Below are positions 7,910 to 17,165 of a stretch of 32,000 nucleotides of DNA, in pieces (positions within the stretch are counted from its first letter, which is position 1; each line of letters opens with the position of its first letter). This stretch comes from Nitrosopumilus maritimus SCM1 (lineage in GTDB: Archaea; Thermoproteota; Nitrososphaeria; Nitrososphaerales; Nitrosopumilaceae): NCBI RefSeq assembly GCF_000018465.1, contig NC_010085.1, forward strand, positions 1,170,001-1,202,000, in the 5' to 3' direction. Position numbers and translations under genes: made by a program. Below the pieces are notes generated by a model. That model was not told the DNA's origin, ran no database searches, and saw only the letters and a program-made list of their open reading frames with translations.

Positions 7910-8044
7910 AAAACAGCGTTATATTTGGCGGTTAAATAATCATCGAATTTTAGCTCAAGCTAGCCAGAAATTTTTCAATGAAAAAAATCGCAATCAAGCC
8001 TATCACAAAAGATAAATTCCAAAATACAACGGAAAAGATGTTTT

Positions 8045-9244
8045 ATGACTCAAAAAGGAATTCTTGCATTCTCTGGAGGACTAGATACTTCAGTTGTTGT
8101 AAAGTATCTACAAGACGAACATGACATGGATGTCATCACAGTTACAGTAGATGTTGGACAAGGTGATGACAATAAAAAAATTGCAGCAAAAGCAAAAAAG
8201 CTTGGAGTAAAAAAACACTATAACATTGATGCAAGAAAAGAGTTTGTCAAAGATTACATTTTTCCATCAATTAAAGCAAATGCACTTTATCAAAAGAAAT
8301 ATTGTCTTGCAACAGCACTTGCAAGACCACTAATTGCTGAAAAAGTTTTAGAGATTGCAAAAAAAGAAAAAGTTACATCTTTAGCTCATGGTTGTTCAGG
8401 AAAAGGAAACGACCAAGTACGTTTTGACATTACACTACGTTCTGGTTCTAACTTACCAATCATTGCACCAATTCGTGACAAAAACTTGGACAGAGTTACA
8501 GAATTAAAGTTTGCAAAGAAACACGGAATAGAGATTGATACTGTAGCAAAAAAGTTTAGTATTGATCAAAACTTGTGGGGCCGTGCAATCGAAGGCGGTG
8601 TACTAGAAGATCCATACAACGAACCACCTGATGATGCATTCATTTGGGTAAAGACAAAAAATTTGCCAGATAAACCAACATACTTGGAGATCAAATTCGA
8701 AAAAGGAATTCCTGTTGGGGTTGATGGAAAAACAATGGATGGTCAAAAACTAATAGAGTACATCAACAAAAAGGCAGGAGATGCAGGAGTTGGAATTGTT
8801 GATCATATTGAAGACAGGGTTGTCGGAATAAAGTCGAGAGAGGTCTATGAGACACCAGCTGCTACTTGTTTGATTGAAGCCCATTCAGACTTGGAAAAGA
8901 TGGTCCACACAAAACACGAAAACAAGTTCAAATCAATAATTGATGATGAGTGGGCATACCTAGCATATTCAGGATTGTGGCAAGACCCACTAAAGTCAGA
9001 TTTAGACGGATTTATCGAGGCATCCCAAAAGCCAGTTACAGGAACAGTCAAGCTAAAGTTGTACAAAGGAAGTCTAAGAGTGGTTGGAAGAAAGTCCAAG
9101 AACTCACTTTACAGCCATGAGATTGCCACATATGGTACAGAATCCACATTTGACCAAAGATTGGCCAAAGGATTTGTAGAATTGTGGGGAATGCAATCAA
9201 CAGAAGCTAATAAATTACAAAAGAAAAGGTCAACAAAAATATGA
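8045..9244 (+). CDS. argG: Argininosuccinate synthase
   Basis: 'GILAFSGGLDTSVVVKYL', 'AHGCSGKGNDQVRFD', 'IEGGVLEDPYNEPPDDAFIW'. Confidence 0.97.
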   Translation: MTQKGILAFSGGLDTSVVVKYLQDEHDMDVITVTVDVGQGDDNKKIAAKAKKLGVKKHYNIDARKEFVKDYIFPSIKANALYQKKYCLATALARPLIAEKVLEIAKKEKVTSLAHGCSGKGNDQVRFDITLRSGSNLPIIAPIRDKNLDRVTELKFAKKHGIEIDTVAKKFSIDQNLWGRAIEGGVLEDPYNEPPDDAFIWVKTKNLPDKPTYLEIKFEKGIPVGVDGKTMDGQKLIEYINKKAGDAGVGIVDHIEDRVVGIKSREVYETPAATCLIEAHSDLEKMVHTKHENKFKSIIDDEWAYLAYSGLWQDPLKSDLDGFIEASQKPVTGTVKLKLYKGSLRVVGRKSKNSLYSHEIATYGTESTFDQRLAKGFVELWGMQSTEANKLQKKRSTKI

Positions 9245-9408
9245 ACTGCCCAGAATGTGACGCAACACTAAACATCCCAGATGATGCCGCAGTAGGAGAA
9301 ATTGTCTCCTGTCCTGATTGTGGTGCTGACTTTGAAATCGCAAAAAAAGACGGATCAAATGTTGAGCTTAAACAAGCAGAAAGCGTAGGCGAAGACTGGG
9401 GAGAGTAA
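9241..9408 (+). CDS. lysW: Amino-group carrier protein LysW (copy 1, C-terminal EDWGE), not in the supplied ORF track
   Basis: Translated by hand: MNCPECDATLNIPDDAAVGEIVSCPDCGADFEIAKKDGSNVELKQAESVGEDWGE*; ATGA overlap with argG and TAATG overlap with the next gene. Confidence 0.95.
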   Translation: MNCPECDATLNIPDDAAVGEIVSCPDCGADFEIAKKDGSNVELKQAESVGEDWGE

Positions 9409-10265
9409 TGTCAAAAGTCTGTATTGTGTTTGATCGCCTAAGAGCGGAAGAGAAGATGCTTCAAAAGGAAGCATCTGAACTTGGACATGATACTGTAATG
9501 CTAGATGCAAAGATTACTCAAGTCAACACAGATAGTAAAAAAGAAGATTTTGATTTGGGAGATGTTGTTTTAGAAAGATGTGTAAGTTACTTTAGAGGAT
9601 TACACTTTACTGCAAGTCTTGAGTTTATGGACATTCCTGTTCTAAACAAATTTGATGTTGCAAGTATTTGTGGAAATAAAATGTTCATGACATTGCTTTT
9701 GAAAAAAGCAGGAGTACCAACACCAAAGACGTATTTTTCATTTACAAGTGAAAGTGCAGCTGAGAATTTAGAAAAAGCTGGATATCCACTAGTAATCAAA
9801 CCAGTAATTGGTAGTTGGGGAAGAGGAGTGATGCCAATTAAAGACAGAGATACGTTTGATGCAATTTCTGAAATCAGAGATATTACAGATAGTCCACATG
9901 ATAGAATTTACTATTTGCAGGAATTAGTAGAAAGACCACCTAGAGATATTCGAGTAATTACTGTTGGAGATGAGCCTGTTGCAGCAATGTACAGAAAGTC
10001 TTCAGGAGGATTCAAGACAAACATTGCACTTGGTGCCGATCCAGAACTTTGTGAGATCACAAAAGAGATGGAAGATATGGCAGCAAAAGCATCAAAAGCA
10101 ATGGGAGGAGGAATCCTAGGAATAGACATGATGGAAGATGAAAAGAATGGCCTAGTTGTTCATGAAGTCAACAATACAGTAGAATTCAAAGGATTAGCAA
10201 GAGTTGCACAACGAAATATACCAAAAGAGATGGTAGAATTCGCTCTAAACTACGTTAGGAAATAA
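9408..10265 (+). CDS. LysX/ArgX-family ATP-grasp ligase (LysW--glutamate/alpha-aminoadipate ligase), copy 1
   Basis: 'CVSYFRGLHFTASLEFMDIPVLNKFD', 'YPLVIKPVIGSWGRGV', 'LVVHEVNNTVEFKGLARV'. Neighbouring argG suggests the arginine branch (ArgX). Confidence 0.93.
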   Translation: MSKVCIVFDRLRAEEKMLQKEASELGHDTVMLDAKITQVNTDSKKEDFDLGDVVLERCVSYFRGLHFTASLEFMDIPVLNKFDVASICGNKMFMTLLLKKAGVPTPKTYFSFTSESAAENLEKAGYPLVIKPVIGSWGRGVMPIKDRDTFDAISEIRDITDSPHDRIYYLQELVERPPRDIRVITVGDEPVAAMYRKSSGGFKTNIALGADPELCEITKEMEDMAAKASKAMGGGILGIDMMEDEKNGLVVHEVNNTVEFKGLARVAQRNIPKEMVEFALNYVRK

Positions 10266-10293
10266 ATTATACTCCATTACGAGGAGGTTTATC

Positions 10294-11340
10294 ATGAAAG
10301 TAGGTGTTGTAGGAGCATCAGGATATGTCGGCGGAGAGACACTACGTCTTTTGGTCAATCATCCAAATGTAGAGATCACAATGGTCACATCAAGACAGCA
10401 TGTTGGAGAATATCTACACAGAGTTCAACCAAGTTTGAAGGGTTTTACCGATCTGACTTTCTCAGAATTAGATTATGATAAATTAACTGACAAATGTGAT
10501 TTGGTTTTCACAGCAGTACCACATGGAACTGCCACTGAAATTGTAAAAGCATTGTATGACAGAGGTATCAAAATTATTGATTTGAGTGCAGATTACAGAT
10601 TACATGATCAAGATGCATATGACAAATGGTATGGTTGGGAACATCCACATCCAGATTATTTGAACAAATCAGTTTTCGGTGTACCAGAATTACACAGAGA
10701 AGAAATCAAAAAAGCACAACTTGTTTCATGTCCAGGATGTATGGCAGTAACATCAATGCTAGCACTTGCTCCATTAATTAGAAACAACATTATTGATACA
10801 GACCACATTGTAGTAGATTCTAAAATTGGTTCATCAGGTGCAGGTTCTGGTTCAGGAACTGCACACGCAATGAGAGCAGGAGTAATCAGACCATACAAAC
10901 CAGCAAAACACAGACACACTGGTGAGATTGAGCAAGAGCTCAGTGAGATTGCAGGAAAGAAGATTCATGTTTCAATGAGTCCACATGCAGTAGATGTTGT
11001 ACGTGGAATTCTTTGTACAAACCACACATTCATGCAAAAAGACATGGAAGAAAAAGAGTTGTGGAAATTATATCGTCAAACTTATGGTGAAGAGAAATTT
11101 GTCAGATTAATTCGAGACAAAAAAGGATTATACAAATTCCCAGATCCAAAATTCTTGGTTGGTTCAAACTTTTGTGATATAGGATTTGATTTAGACGAAG
11201 ACAATAATAGATTAATTGCATTATCTGCATCAGACAACTTGATGAAAGGTGCAGCAGGCTCTGCCATCCAAAACATGAACGTAATGTGTGGTTTTGATGA
11301 AATGGATGGACTAAGATATACCCCACTAACACCTGTTTAG
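10294..11340 (+). CDS. argC: [LysW]-aminoadipate/glutamate semialdehyde dehydrogenase (ArgC/LysY family)
   Basis: 'VGVVGASGYVGGETLRLL', 'VSCPGCMAVTSMLAL', 'SSGAGSGSGTAHAMR'. Confidence 0.94.
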   Translation: MKVGVVGASGYVGGETLRLLVNHPNVEITMVTSRQHVGEYLHRVQPSLKGFTDLTFSELDYDKLTDKCDLVFTAVPHGTATEIVKALYDRGIKIIDLSADYRLHDQDAYDKWYGWEHPHPDYLNKSVFGVPELHREEIKKAQLVSCPGCMAVTSMLALAPLIRNNIIDTDHIVVDSKIGSSGAGSGSGTAHAMRAGVIRPYKPAKHRHTGEIEQELSEIAGKKIHVSMSPHAVDVVRGILCTNHTFMQKDMEEKELWKLYRQTYGEEKFVRLIRDKKGLYKFPDPKFLVGSNFCDIGFDLDEDNNRLIALSASDNLMKGAAGSAIQNMNVMCGFDEMDGLRYTPLTPV

Positions 11341-11342
11341 AA

Positions 11343-12146
11343 ATGATTACTATCAAAATTGGTGGAAGTGTAGTAGATGATTTACATCCATCAACTATTG
11401 CAGACATCAAAAAAATTGCAGAATCAGAAGGAGTAATTCTAGTTCATGGTGGAGGTAAAGAAGTTACCAAAGTTTGTGAACAACTTGGAAAAGAACCAAA
11501 GTTTGTAACATCTCCTAGTGGAATCAAAAGTAGATACACAGACAAAGAGACTGCAGAAATTTTCACAATGGTAATGTCTGGCAGAATCAACAAAACAATT
11601 GTTCAAATGCTTCAAAAAAACGGCATCAATGCAATTGGACTATCAGGAGTTGATGCCAAAGTCATAGAAGCAGACAGAAAAAAGAAACTCCTAATCGTAA
11701 ATGAAAAAGGACGAAAACAAGCTATTGATGGCGGTTATACTGGAAAAATCAGAGAAGTTAATGCTAGTTTCATAAAATCACTCCTAGACCAAGGTCTCAC
11801 GCCTGTAATTTCACCTATTGCAATAAGCGAAGAGTCTGAATTTCTCAATGTAGATGGAGACAGAGCAGCAGCATATGTTGCAGGAAAGGTTGGAAGTGAT
11901 AAAGTATTATTCATCACAAATGTTGATGGTCTGTTAATGGATGACAAAGTTGTTCCAAAACTAACACTAGCAGAAGCAAAAGAAATTAGACCAAAAATTG
12001 GACCAGGAATGGAAAAGAAGATTTTAGCATCAACTGAGGCCCTAGACATGGGAGTTACAACAGCATTAATTGCAAATGGTCAAAAAGAAAATCCAATTTC
12101 ATCAGCCATTTCACATGATAATTGTACGGTGATTGAACATGAGTGA
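11343..12146 (+). CDS. lysZ: [LysW]-aminoadipate/glutamate kinase (ArgB/LysZ family)
   Basis: 'MITIKIGGSVVDD', 'LVHGGGKEVT', 'LFITNVDGLLMDDKVV', 'GPGMEKKILASTEAL'. Confidence 0.94.
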   Translation: MITIKIGGSVVDDLHPSTIADIKKIAESEGVILVHGGGKEVTKVCEQLGKEPKFVTSPSGIKSRYTDKETAEIFTMVMSGRINKTIVQMLQKNGINAIGLSGVDAKVIEADRKKKLLIVNEKGRKQAIDGGYTGKIREVNASFIKSLLDQGLTPVISPIAISEESEFLNVDGDRAAAYVAGKVGSDKVLFITNVDGLLMDDKVVPKLTLAEAKEIRPKIGPGMEKKILASTEALDMGVTTALIANGQKENPISSAISHDNCTVIEHE

Positions 12147-13320
12147 AGACCAGCATATGGGCAATCTCTATCAGAGATTTCCAGTTACAGTAGAGAAAGG
12201 CAAAGGAGCTCATGTATGGGATGTTGATGGAAAAGAATACATCGATTGTATGGGAGGATACGGAGTAGCTCTAGTAGGACATCAAAATCAAAGAGTCAAT
12301 AATGCAATCAAAGAACAAGTTGACAAAATTATAACAGTACACAGTTCACTTTACAATAAAACAAGAGAAGAGTTTTTGAAAACATTAATTGGTTTAGCTC
12401 CTAAAGGATTAACACAAGTTCATCTTAACAACAGTGGTGCAGAAGCAATTGAAGCTGCAATAAAGTTTGCAAGAAAGTTTACTGGTAAAAAAGGAATGGT
12501 TGCAATGAAAGGTTCCTATCACGGAAAATCATTTGGAGCATTATCAATTACATTTAATCCAAAATACAAAAAGGCATTTGCTCCACTTGTAGACAAAGTT
12601 TCATTTGCATCATATGGGGATATTGAATCATTAAAAGAAGCAATAGATGATGACACTGCATTTGTAATTTTAGAACCAATTCAAGGAGAAAGTGGTATTA
12701 TTGTTGCGCCCGATGGATTCTTGCAAGACGTAAGAAAGCTTTGCGATGAGAAAGGAATTCTGTTAATCTTTGACGAAATACAAGCAGGTTTAGGAAGAAC
12801 AGGACGATTATGGGCTTGTGATCATTGGAACACAGCACCAGACATTTTATGTTTGGCAAAAGGAATTGCAGGAGGAGTTCCAATGGGTGCAACTCTTGTA
12901 AGACCAGATATCTTAGCTTCAATGAGTAAAGGTGAGCACTCTTCAACTTTTGGAGGAAATCCAATATCATGTGCAGCAGGAGTTGCAGCACTCAAATCAA
13001 TTACAGAAGACGGATTAATTGAAAATTCTGAAAAGATGGGAAAAATTTTCAGAGAGGGTCTAGAGAAATTAAAAGAAAATCACACAATGATTAGAGAGAT
13101 TCGTGGTAAAGGACTCATGATTGGAGTTGAGATGAAGTTTGAGGTCCGAGACATTTTGATGGGATTAATCAGAGAAGGTGTTCTTATGCTATATTCAGGA
13201 AGAAATATCCTAAGAATTCTACCTCCACTAGTAATAACTGAAGAGGATGTAACAAAAGTTTTACATGCCCTAGATGTCATACTAACTGAAGAGGAGAAAA
13301 AGCGAAATGTACAAGGATAA
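12133..13320 (+). CDS. lysJ: [LysW]-lysine/ornithine aminotransferase (LysJ/ArgD); more likely start is ATG at 12139
   Basis: 'GVALVGHQNQRVNNAI', 'LLIFDEIQAGLGRTGRLWA', 'TFGGNPISCAA', PLP-dependent class III motifs. The upstream start in the track is TTG. Confidence 0.94.
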   Translation: MNMSEDQHMGNLYQRFPVTVEKGKGAHVWDVDGKEYIDCMGGYGVALVGHQNQRVNNAIKEQVDKIITVHSSLYNKTREEFLKTLIGLAPKGLTQVHLNNSGAEAIEAAIKFARKFTGKKGMVAMKGSYHGKSFGALSITFNPKYKKAFAPLVDKVSFASYGDIESLKEAIDDDTAFVILEPIQGESGIIVAPDGFLQDVRKLCDEKGILLIFDEIQAGLGRTGRLWACDHWNTAPDILCLAKGIAGGVPMGATLVRPDILASMSKGEHSSTFGGNPISCAAGVAALKSITEDGLIENSEKMGKIFREGLEKLKENHTMIREIRGKGLMIGVEMKFEVRDILMGLIREGVLMLYSGRNILRILPPLVITEEDVTKVLHALDVILTEEEKKRNVQG

Positions 13321-13726
13321 CGTAGACGAGAAAATTATTGGATATCTCAAAGAAGATTCCAGGGAATCATTTGTAGATATTGGAAAGAAACTAAAGCTTT
13401 CTGAATCAGCAGTAAGAAGACGTGTAAAAAATCTCATAGGAAATGGAACTATCAAAAAATTTACTTTAGAATTAGGAGAAGAAAACGCAACTAGTGCAAT
13501 TGTTTTGGTATCAGTTGATTCAGCTACTGACACATCAAAAGTTTCTCTAAAGCTTGCAAAGCTTGAAGGTGTAAAAACAGTTTATGAGATTACAGGACAA
13601 TACGACATTACAACAATAATGAGTGCATCAAGTATTGCAGAGATTAACAACAGTATTGATGCATTAAGAAAAATTCCAGGTGTAGTTGACACCAATACTG
13701 TGATTATTCTAAGAAAAGTCGTCTAA
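13307..13726 (+). CDS. Lrp/AsnC-family regulator (LysM-like by context)
   Basis: N-terminal HTH 'IIGYLKEDSRESFVDIGKKLKLSESAVRRRVKNLI', C-terminal RAM-like 'VYEITGQYDITTIMSASSIAEINNSIDAL'; overlaps lysJ. Confidence 0.88.
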   Translation: MYKDNVDEKIIGYLKEDSRESFVDIGKKLKLSESAVRRRVKNLIGNGTIKKFTLELGEENATSAIVLVSVDSATDTSKVSLKLAKLEGVKTVYEITGQYDITTIMSASSIAEINNSIDALRKIPGVVDTNTVIILRKVV

Positions 13727-13824
13727 GACGACTTTCGGTTCAAAATTTTAATTCAAAACTAGTTTAGGATCGTTTATAGTTATTTCCAACGAAACTAGTA
13801 CGAATATGTTTATATCATCAATTT

Positions 13825-15006
13825 ATGGCAACGAATTCTGTAATGAAAGATCCGAATCACTATGCAAACTTGTACAACGCATATGAAAAGAATCCAAAGA
13901 AGATTAGAGTGTTAGACAGTACTCTTAGAGAAGGAGAACAACACCCAGGTGTTTCATTTACAAACAAACAAAGAATCCAAATTGCATGGATGTTAGATTA
14001 TTTTGGCGTAGACCAAATTGAAATCTCACCAGTTGTATCAAATGATCATAAAGAAGCAACAAAGACAATCATTAAACAAGGACTAAAGGCAGACATTGTT
14101 TCCCATGGACGTGCACTCAAAGAGGACATTGATGTTTCATTAGATTGTGATGCAAAGTGGTGTGCAGCATATCTAGGTATTTCAGATATTCATCTTAAAG
14201 ACAAACTTCGTATCTCAAGAGAAGATGCAATGGAAAGAGCTGTTGAGACAGTAGAGTATGCAAAATCTCATGGACTAAAGATTAGATTTACAGTAGAAGA
14301 TGGAAGTAGAGCAGAACCAGAGTTCTTACTCAAAGTTTGCAAGGCAATTGAAGAAGCAGGTGTAGACAGAATCAGTTTGCCTGATACGGTTGGAATTTTG
14401 CGTCCTATTGGAATGTACAATTTTGTAAAGAAGGTAAGAGACTCTATTGATGTTCCACTAGATGCACACGTTCATAATGATATTGGCTTTGCAGTAGCTA
14501 ATGCTTTTTCAGCTTGTGATGCAGGAGTTGATCAAATTCATACAACCATTGACGGTATTGGAGAAAGAACAGGAATTCCCCCACTTGCAGAAGTGGCAGT
14601 TGCATTGACATACTTGTACAAATCACCAAATGATTTCAGATTAGACATGTTACTAGATTTATCCAGATTAATTGAAGAGTATACTACAATCAAGCCTTAT
14701 GACTCAAAACCAATAGTGGGTTCTTCAGCATACAAACACAAGGCTGGAACACACCTTGCAGCAATATTGAGAAATCCTGCAGCATACGAGCCTATTCCTC
14801 CTAGAGCAGTAGGAAACAGAAGAAGAATCGTGTTTGGAGAGTTGGCAGGAAAGACTGGAGCAGCTTATCTCATGTCATTGTTAGGATTAGACAAGGATGA
14901 TGAAAGTGCAAAAGCAGTTGCAGCTGGATTGAAGGGTCTTAGAATGGGAGATTTAATTGAAATTCCGCTTGAAGACAGACTTGAAAAAATAATTAATGAT
15001 AAATAG
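13825..15006 (+). CDS. Homocitrate synthase / isopropylmalate synthase family enzyme (likely homocitrate synthase by context); probable start ATG 13843
   Basis: 'IRVLDSTLREGEQHPGVSFTNKQRIQIA', 'DVDVPLDAHVHNDIGFAVAN'-type HxH motif, 'STTIKPYDSKPIVGSSAYKHKAGTHLAAI'-like region (IEEYTTIKPYDSKPIVGSSAYKHKAGTHLAAI). Confidence 0.88.
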   Translation: MATNSVMKDPNHYANLYNAYEKNPKKIRVLDSTLREGEQHPGVSFTNKQRIQIAWMLDYFGVDQIEISPVVSNDHKEATKTIIKQGLKADIVSHGRALKEDIDVSLDCDAKWCAAYLGISDIHLKDKLRISREDAMERAVETVEYAKSHGLKIRFTVEDGSRAEPEFLLKVCKAIEEAGVDRISLPDTVGILRPIGMYNFVKKVRDSIDVPLDAHVHNDIGFAVANAFSACDAGVDQIHTTIDGIGERTGIPPLAEVAVALTYLYKSPNDFRLDMLLDLSRLIEEYTTIKPYDSKPIVGSSAYKHKAGTHLAAILRNPAAYEPIPPRAVGNRRRIVFGELAGKTGAAYLMSLLGLDKDDESAKAVAAGLKGLRMGDLIEIPLEDRLEKIINDK

Positions 15007-15027
15007 AGAGGAGGTGGAGAAGAGAAT

Positions 15028-15195
15028 ATGTCAAAATGTGAAGAATGTGATGCAGATATTTCTATACCAAGTGATGCACTTGAAGGAGAAATTGTAACAT
15101 GTCCGGAATGTGGCGCAAGTTTTGAATTAGCAAAAGGTTCAGACGGTTTCGATCTAAAGCCTGCCCAAACGGTTGGCGAGGATTGGGGACAGTGA
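15028..15195 (+). CDS. lysW: LysW-like carrier protein, copy 2 (C-terminal EDWGQ), not in the supplied ORF track
   Basis: Translated by hand: MSKCEECDADISIPSDALEGEIVTCPECGASFELAKGSDGFDLKPAQTVGEDWGQ*; last codons gat tgg gga cag tga. GGAGGTG ribosome-binding-like site upstream. Confidence 0.95.
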   Translation: MSKCEECDADISIPSDALEGEIVTCPECGASFELAKGSDGFDLKPAQTVGEDWGQ

Positions 15196-16034
15196 GTCCT
15201 GACGTTACTATTCTTTATGATACCATCCGTTGGGAAGAAAAAGGCCTCTTAGAAGCAGGTAAGAAAAAAAACATCAACATCCAGATGGTTGATTGTAAGA
15301 AGTTAGCAGTAGATTTAGAAAAAAAACCTGAAGATTATGGTGTAGTTATACAAAGATGTGTAAGTTATTACAGAAACTTGCATTCAACTGCAGCTCTTGA
15401 AGGTTTGGGAGTCAAAGTAATCAACTGTCTTAACACTGGAATCTTTGCAGGAAACAAGTTATTCACACACATGCTACTAAAGAAAGCTGGAGTTCCAACG
15501 CCAGATGCAACAGTTGCTTTCTCAAAAGATGCAGCCCTTGAAGCATTGGATACGCAAGGATATCCCAAAGTAATCAAACCAACAGTTGGAAGCTGGGGCA
15601 GACTAATCTCAAAATTAAATGATAAAGATTCTGCTGAGGGGGTTATTGAAAGCAGAGAGAACATGTATCCAATTTATCAAGTTCATTATCTAGAAGAATT
15701 TGTAAAAAGACCACCCAGAGACATTAGAGCAATTATGGTAGGAGACAAAATTGTTGCAGCCATATACCGCAACTCCAAGCATTGGAAAACAAACATGGCT
15801 CTTGGAGGAGTTGCAGAACCATGCGAAGTAACACAAGAAATGGAAGAAATGTGTATTAAGGCAAAACATGCAGTTCAAGGGGATATTGTAGGAGTAGATT
15901 TGATGGAAAGCGAAGAGAAAGGATTAGTGGTTCACGAAGTAAATAATACAACAGAATACAAGAACACTGTTAGAGTATGCGAAGTAGACATTCCTTCGTT
16001 AATGCTTGATTATGCACTAAAGATAGAGAAGTAA
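15183..16034 (+). CDS. LysX/ArgX-family ATP-grasp ligase, copy 2; more likely start GTG at 15192 (GTGA overlap with lysW)
   Basis: 'CVSYYRNLHSTAALEGLGVKVINCLNTG', 'YPKVIKPTVGSWGRLI', 'LVVHEVNNTTEYKNTVRV'. Context (homocitrate synthase, lysK) suggests LysX. Confidence 0.93.
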   Translation: MGTVSPDVTILYDTIRWEEKGLLEAGKKKNINIQMVDCKKLAVDLEKKPEDYGVVIQRCVSYYRNLHSTAALEGLGVKVINCLNTGIFAGNKLFTHMLLKKAGVPTPDATVAFSKDAALEALDTQGYPKVIKPTVGSWGRLISKLNDKDSAEGVIESRENMYPIYQVHYLEEFVKRPPRDIRAIMVGDKIVAAIYRNSKHWKTNMALGGVAEPCEVTQEMEEMCIKAKHAVQGDIVGVDLMESEEKGLVVHEVNNTTEYKNTVRVCEVDIPSLMLDYALKIEK

Positions 16035-16037
16035 GAA

Positions 16038-17165
16038 TTGGACACTCATTTTACAGTAACACCAAGATTTGCAACAAAAATGCTTGAAAAAGCATTACGA
16101 TTGTACACACCATCTCTTAGTGAAAAACCAATGGCAGAGTTTCTTGCAGACAAGTGTGATGATTTAGGATTTGAAGATATACAAATTGATGAAGTTGGTA
16201 ATGTAATTGCCAAAAAAGGTTCAGGTACTCCAAAAATTATGTTATGTGGACACATGGATGTTGTTCCAGGAAAAGTAAAGGTAAGAAAAGAAGGAGATTC
16301 ACTTTATGGCAGAGGAGCGTCTGACGCAAAAGCACCATTAATGGCAATGCTGTTTGCTGCAGCATCAATACAAAACAATAATGGAACAATAATCTTTGTT
16401 GGCGCAGTCGATGAAGAAGGAAATGCAACGGGTATAAAGAACCTAGTCAAAAAAGAGATGGGTGTAGATTATGCTGTTTTTGGAGAACCAAGTGGAATCA
16501 AACAAGTTACAATTGCATACAAAGGACGTTTAGCAATAAATCTCAAGGTTACTGTAGAAGATAGTTCACATGCTAGCGCACCATGGCTTTCAAAAAATGC
16601 AATTTTAGAATCAATGATCTTTGCAAGAGAACTAAAAGAGAAACTAGAAGAAAACCAAGAGGACAGGACAAAGGGAATGTTGCTTACTGCAACCATGACC
16701 GAAGTAAAAGGTGGAACTAGTCATAATGTTACACCAAAAGAATGTGAGACCACATTTGATATTAGAATTCCAGTTGATATGAACTGCAAATCCGTTGAGC
16801 AAAAAATTGCAAATCTAGTCAAGGAGATTTCAAAAAAACGAGAGGTAGAGGCGTTTTACTCAATTCTTGATGAAACAGAGCCATTTGAGGCTGCACATAA
16901 CTCCCCACTAGTGCGTGCGTTCACGCTTGGAGTTATGGATGTAGAGCATACTAGGCCAAAATTAATCAGAAAAACAGGTACTGGAGACATGAATGTACTA
17001 GGAACTCAATGGAGTATTCCAGTTGTAACATATGGTCCAGGGGATCCTCATGAAGCTCACACCATTGATGAAAAGGTCTCAATTGATGAATATCTTAGAG
17101 GAATAGAAATTCTCAAGAAGATGTTACAGCACTTAAAAAGACTTCACGATAGAAAGATGCAGTAA
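16038..17165 (+). CDS. lysK: [LysW]-lysine/ornithine hydrolase (LysK, M20 peptidase family); TTG start
   Basis: 'MLCGHMDVVPGK', 'YGRGASDAKAPLMAML', 'GAVDEEGNATG', 'YGPGDPHEAHTIDEKVSIDEYLRG'. Confidence 0.92.
   Translation: MDTHFTVTPRFATKMLEKALRLYTPSLSEKPMAEFLADKCDDLGFEDIQIDEVGNVIAKKGSGTPKIMLCGHMDVVPGKVKVRKEGDSLYGRGASDAKAPLMAMLFAAASIQNNNGTIIFVGAVDEEGNATGIKNLVKKEMGVDYAVFGEPSGIKQVTIAYKGRLAINLKVTVEDSSHASAPWLSKNAILESMIFARELKEKLEENQEDRTKGMLLTATMTEVKGGTSHNVTPKECETTFDIRIPVDMNCKSVEQKIANLVKEISKKREVEAFYSILDETEPFEAAHNSPLVRAFTLGVMDVEHTRPKLIRKTGTGDMNVLGTQWSIPVVTYGPGDPHEAHTIDEKVSIDEYLRGIEILKKMLQHLKRLHDRKMQ

Noticed and set aside
7978-8130. Possible upstream ORF before argG (ATG AAA AAA ATC GCA ATC AAG ...) ending in an Arg-rich stretch, like an attenuation leader
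   Set aside because: The TATA-like 'gataaatt' at about 8011-8018 fits a leaderless argG transcript starting near 8042, so the uORF start would lie upstream of the transcript. Its 3' half is just an alternate frame of argG.
15183-15191. TTG start upstream for the second LysX/ArgX-family ligase
   Set aside because: GTG at 15192 forms a GTGA overlap with the lysW stop, matching the ATGA/TAATG coupling style of this cluster; the extra LGT residues are probably not translated.
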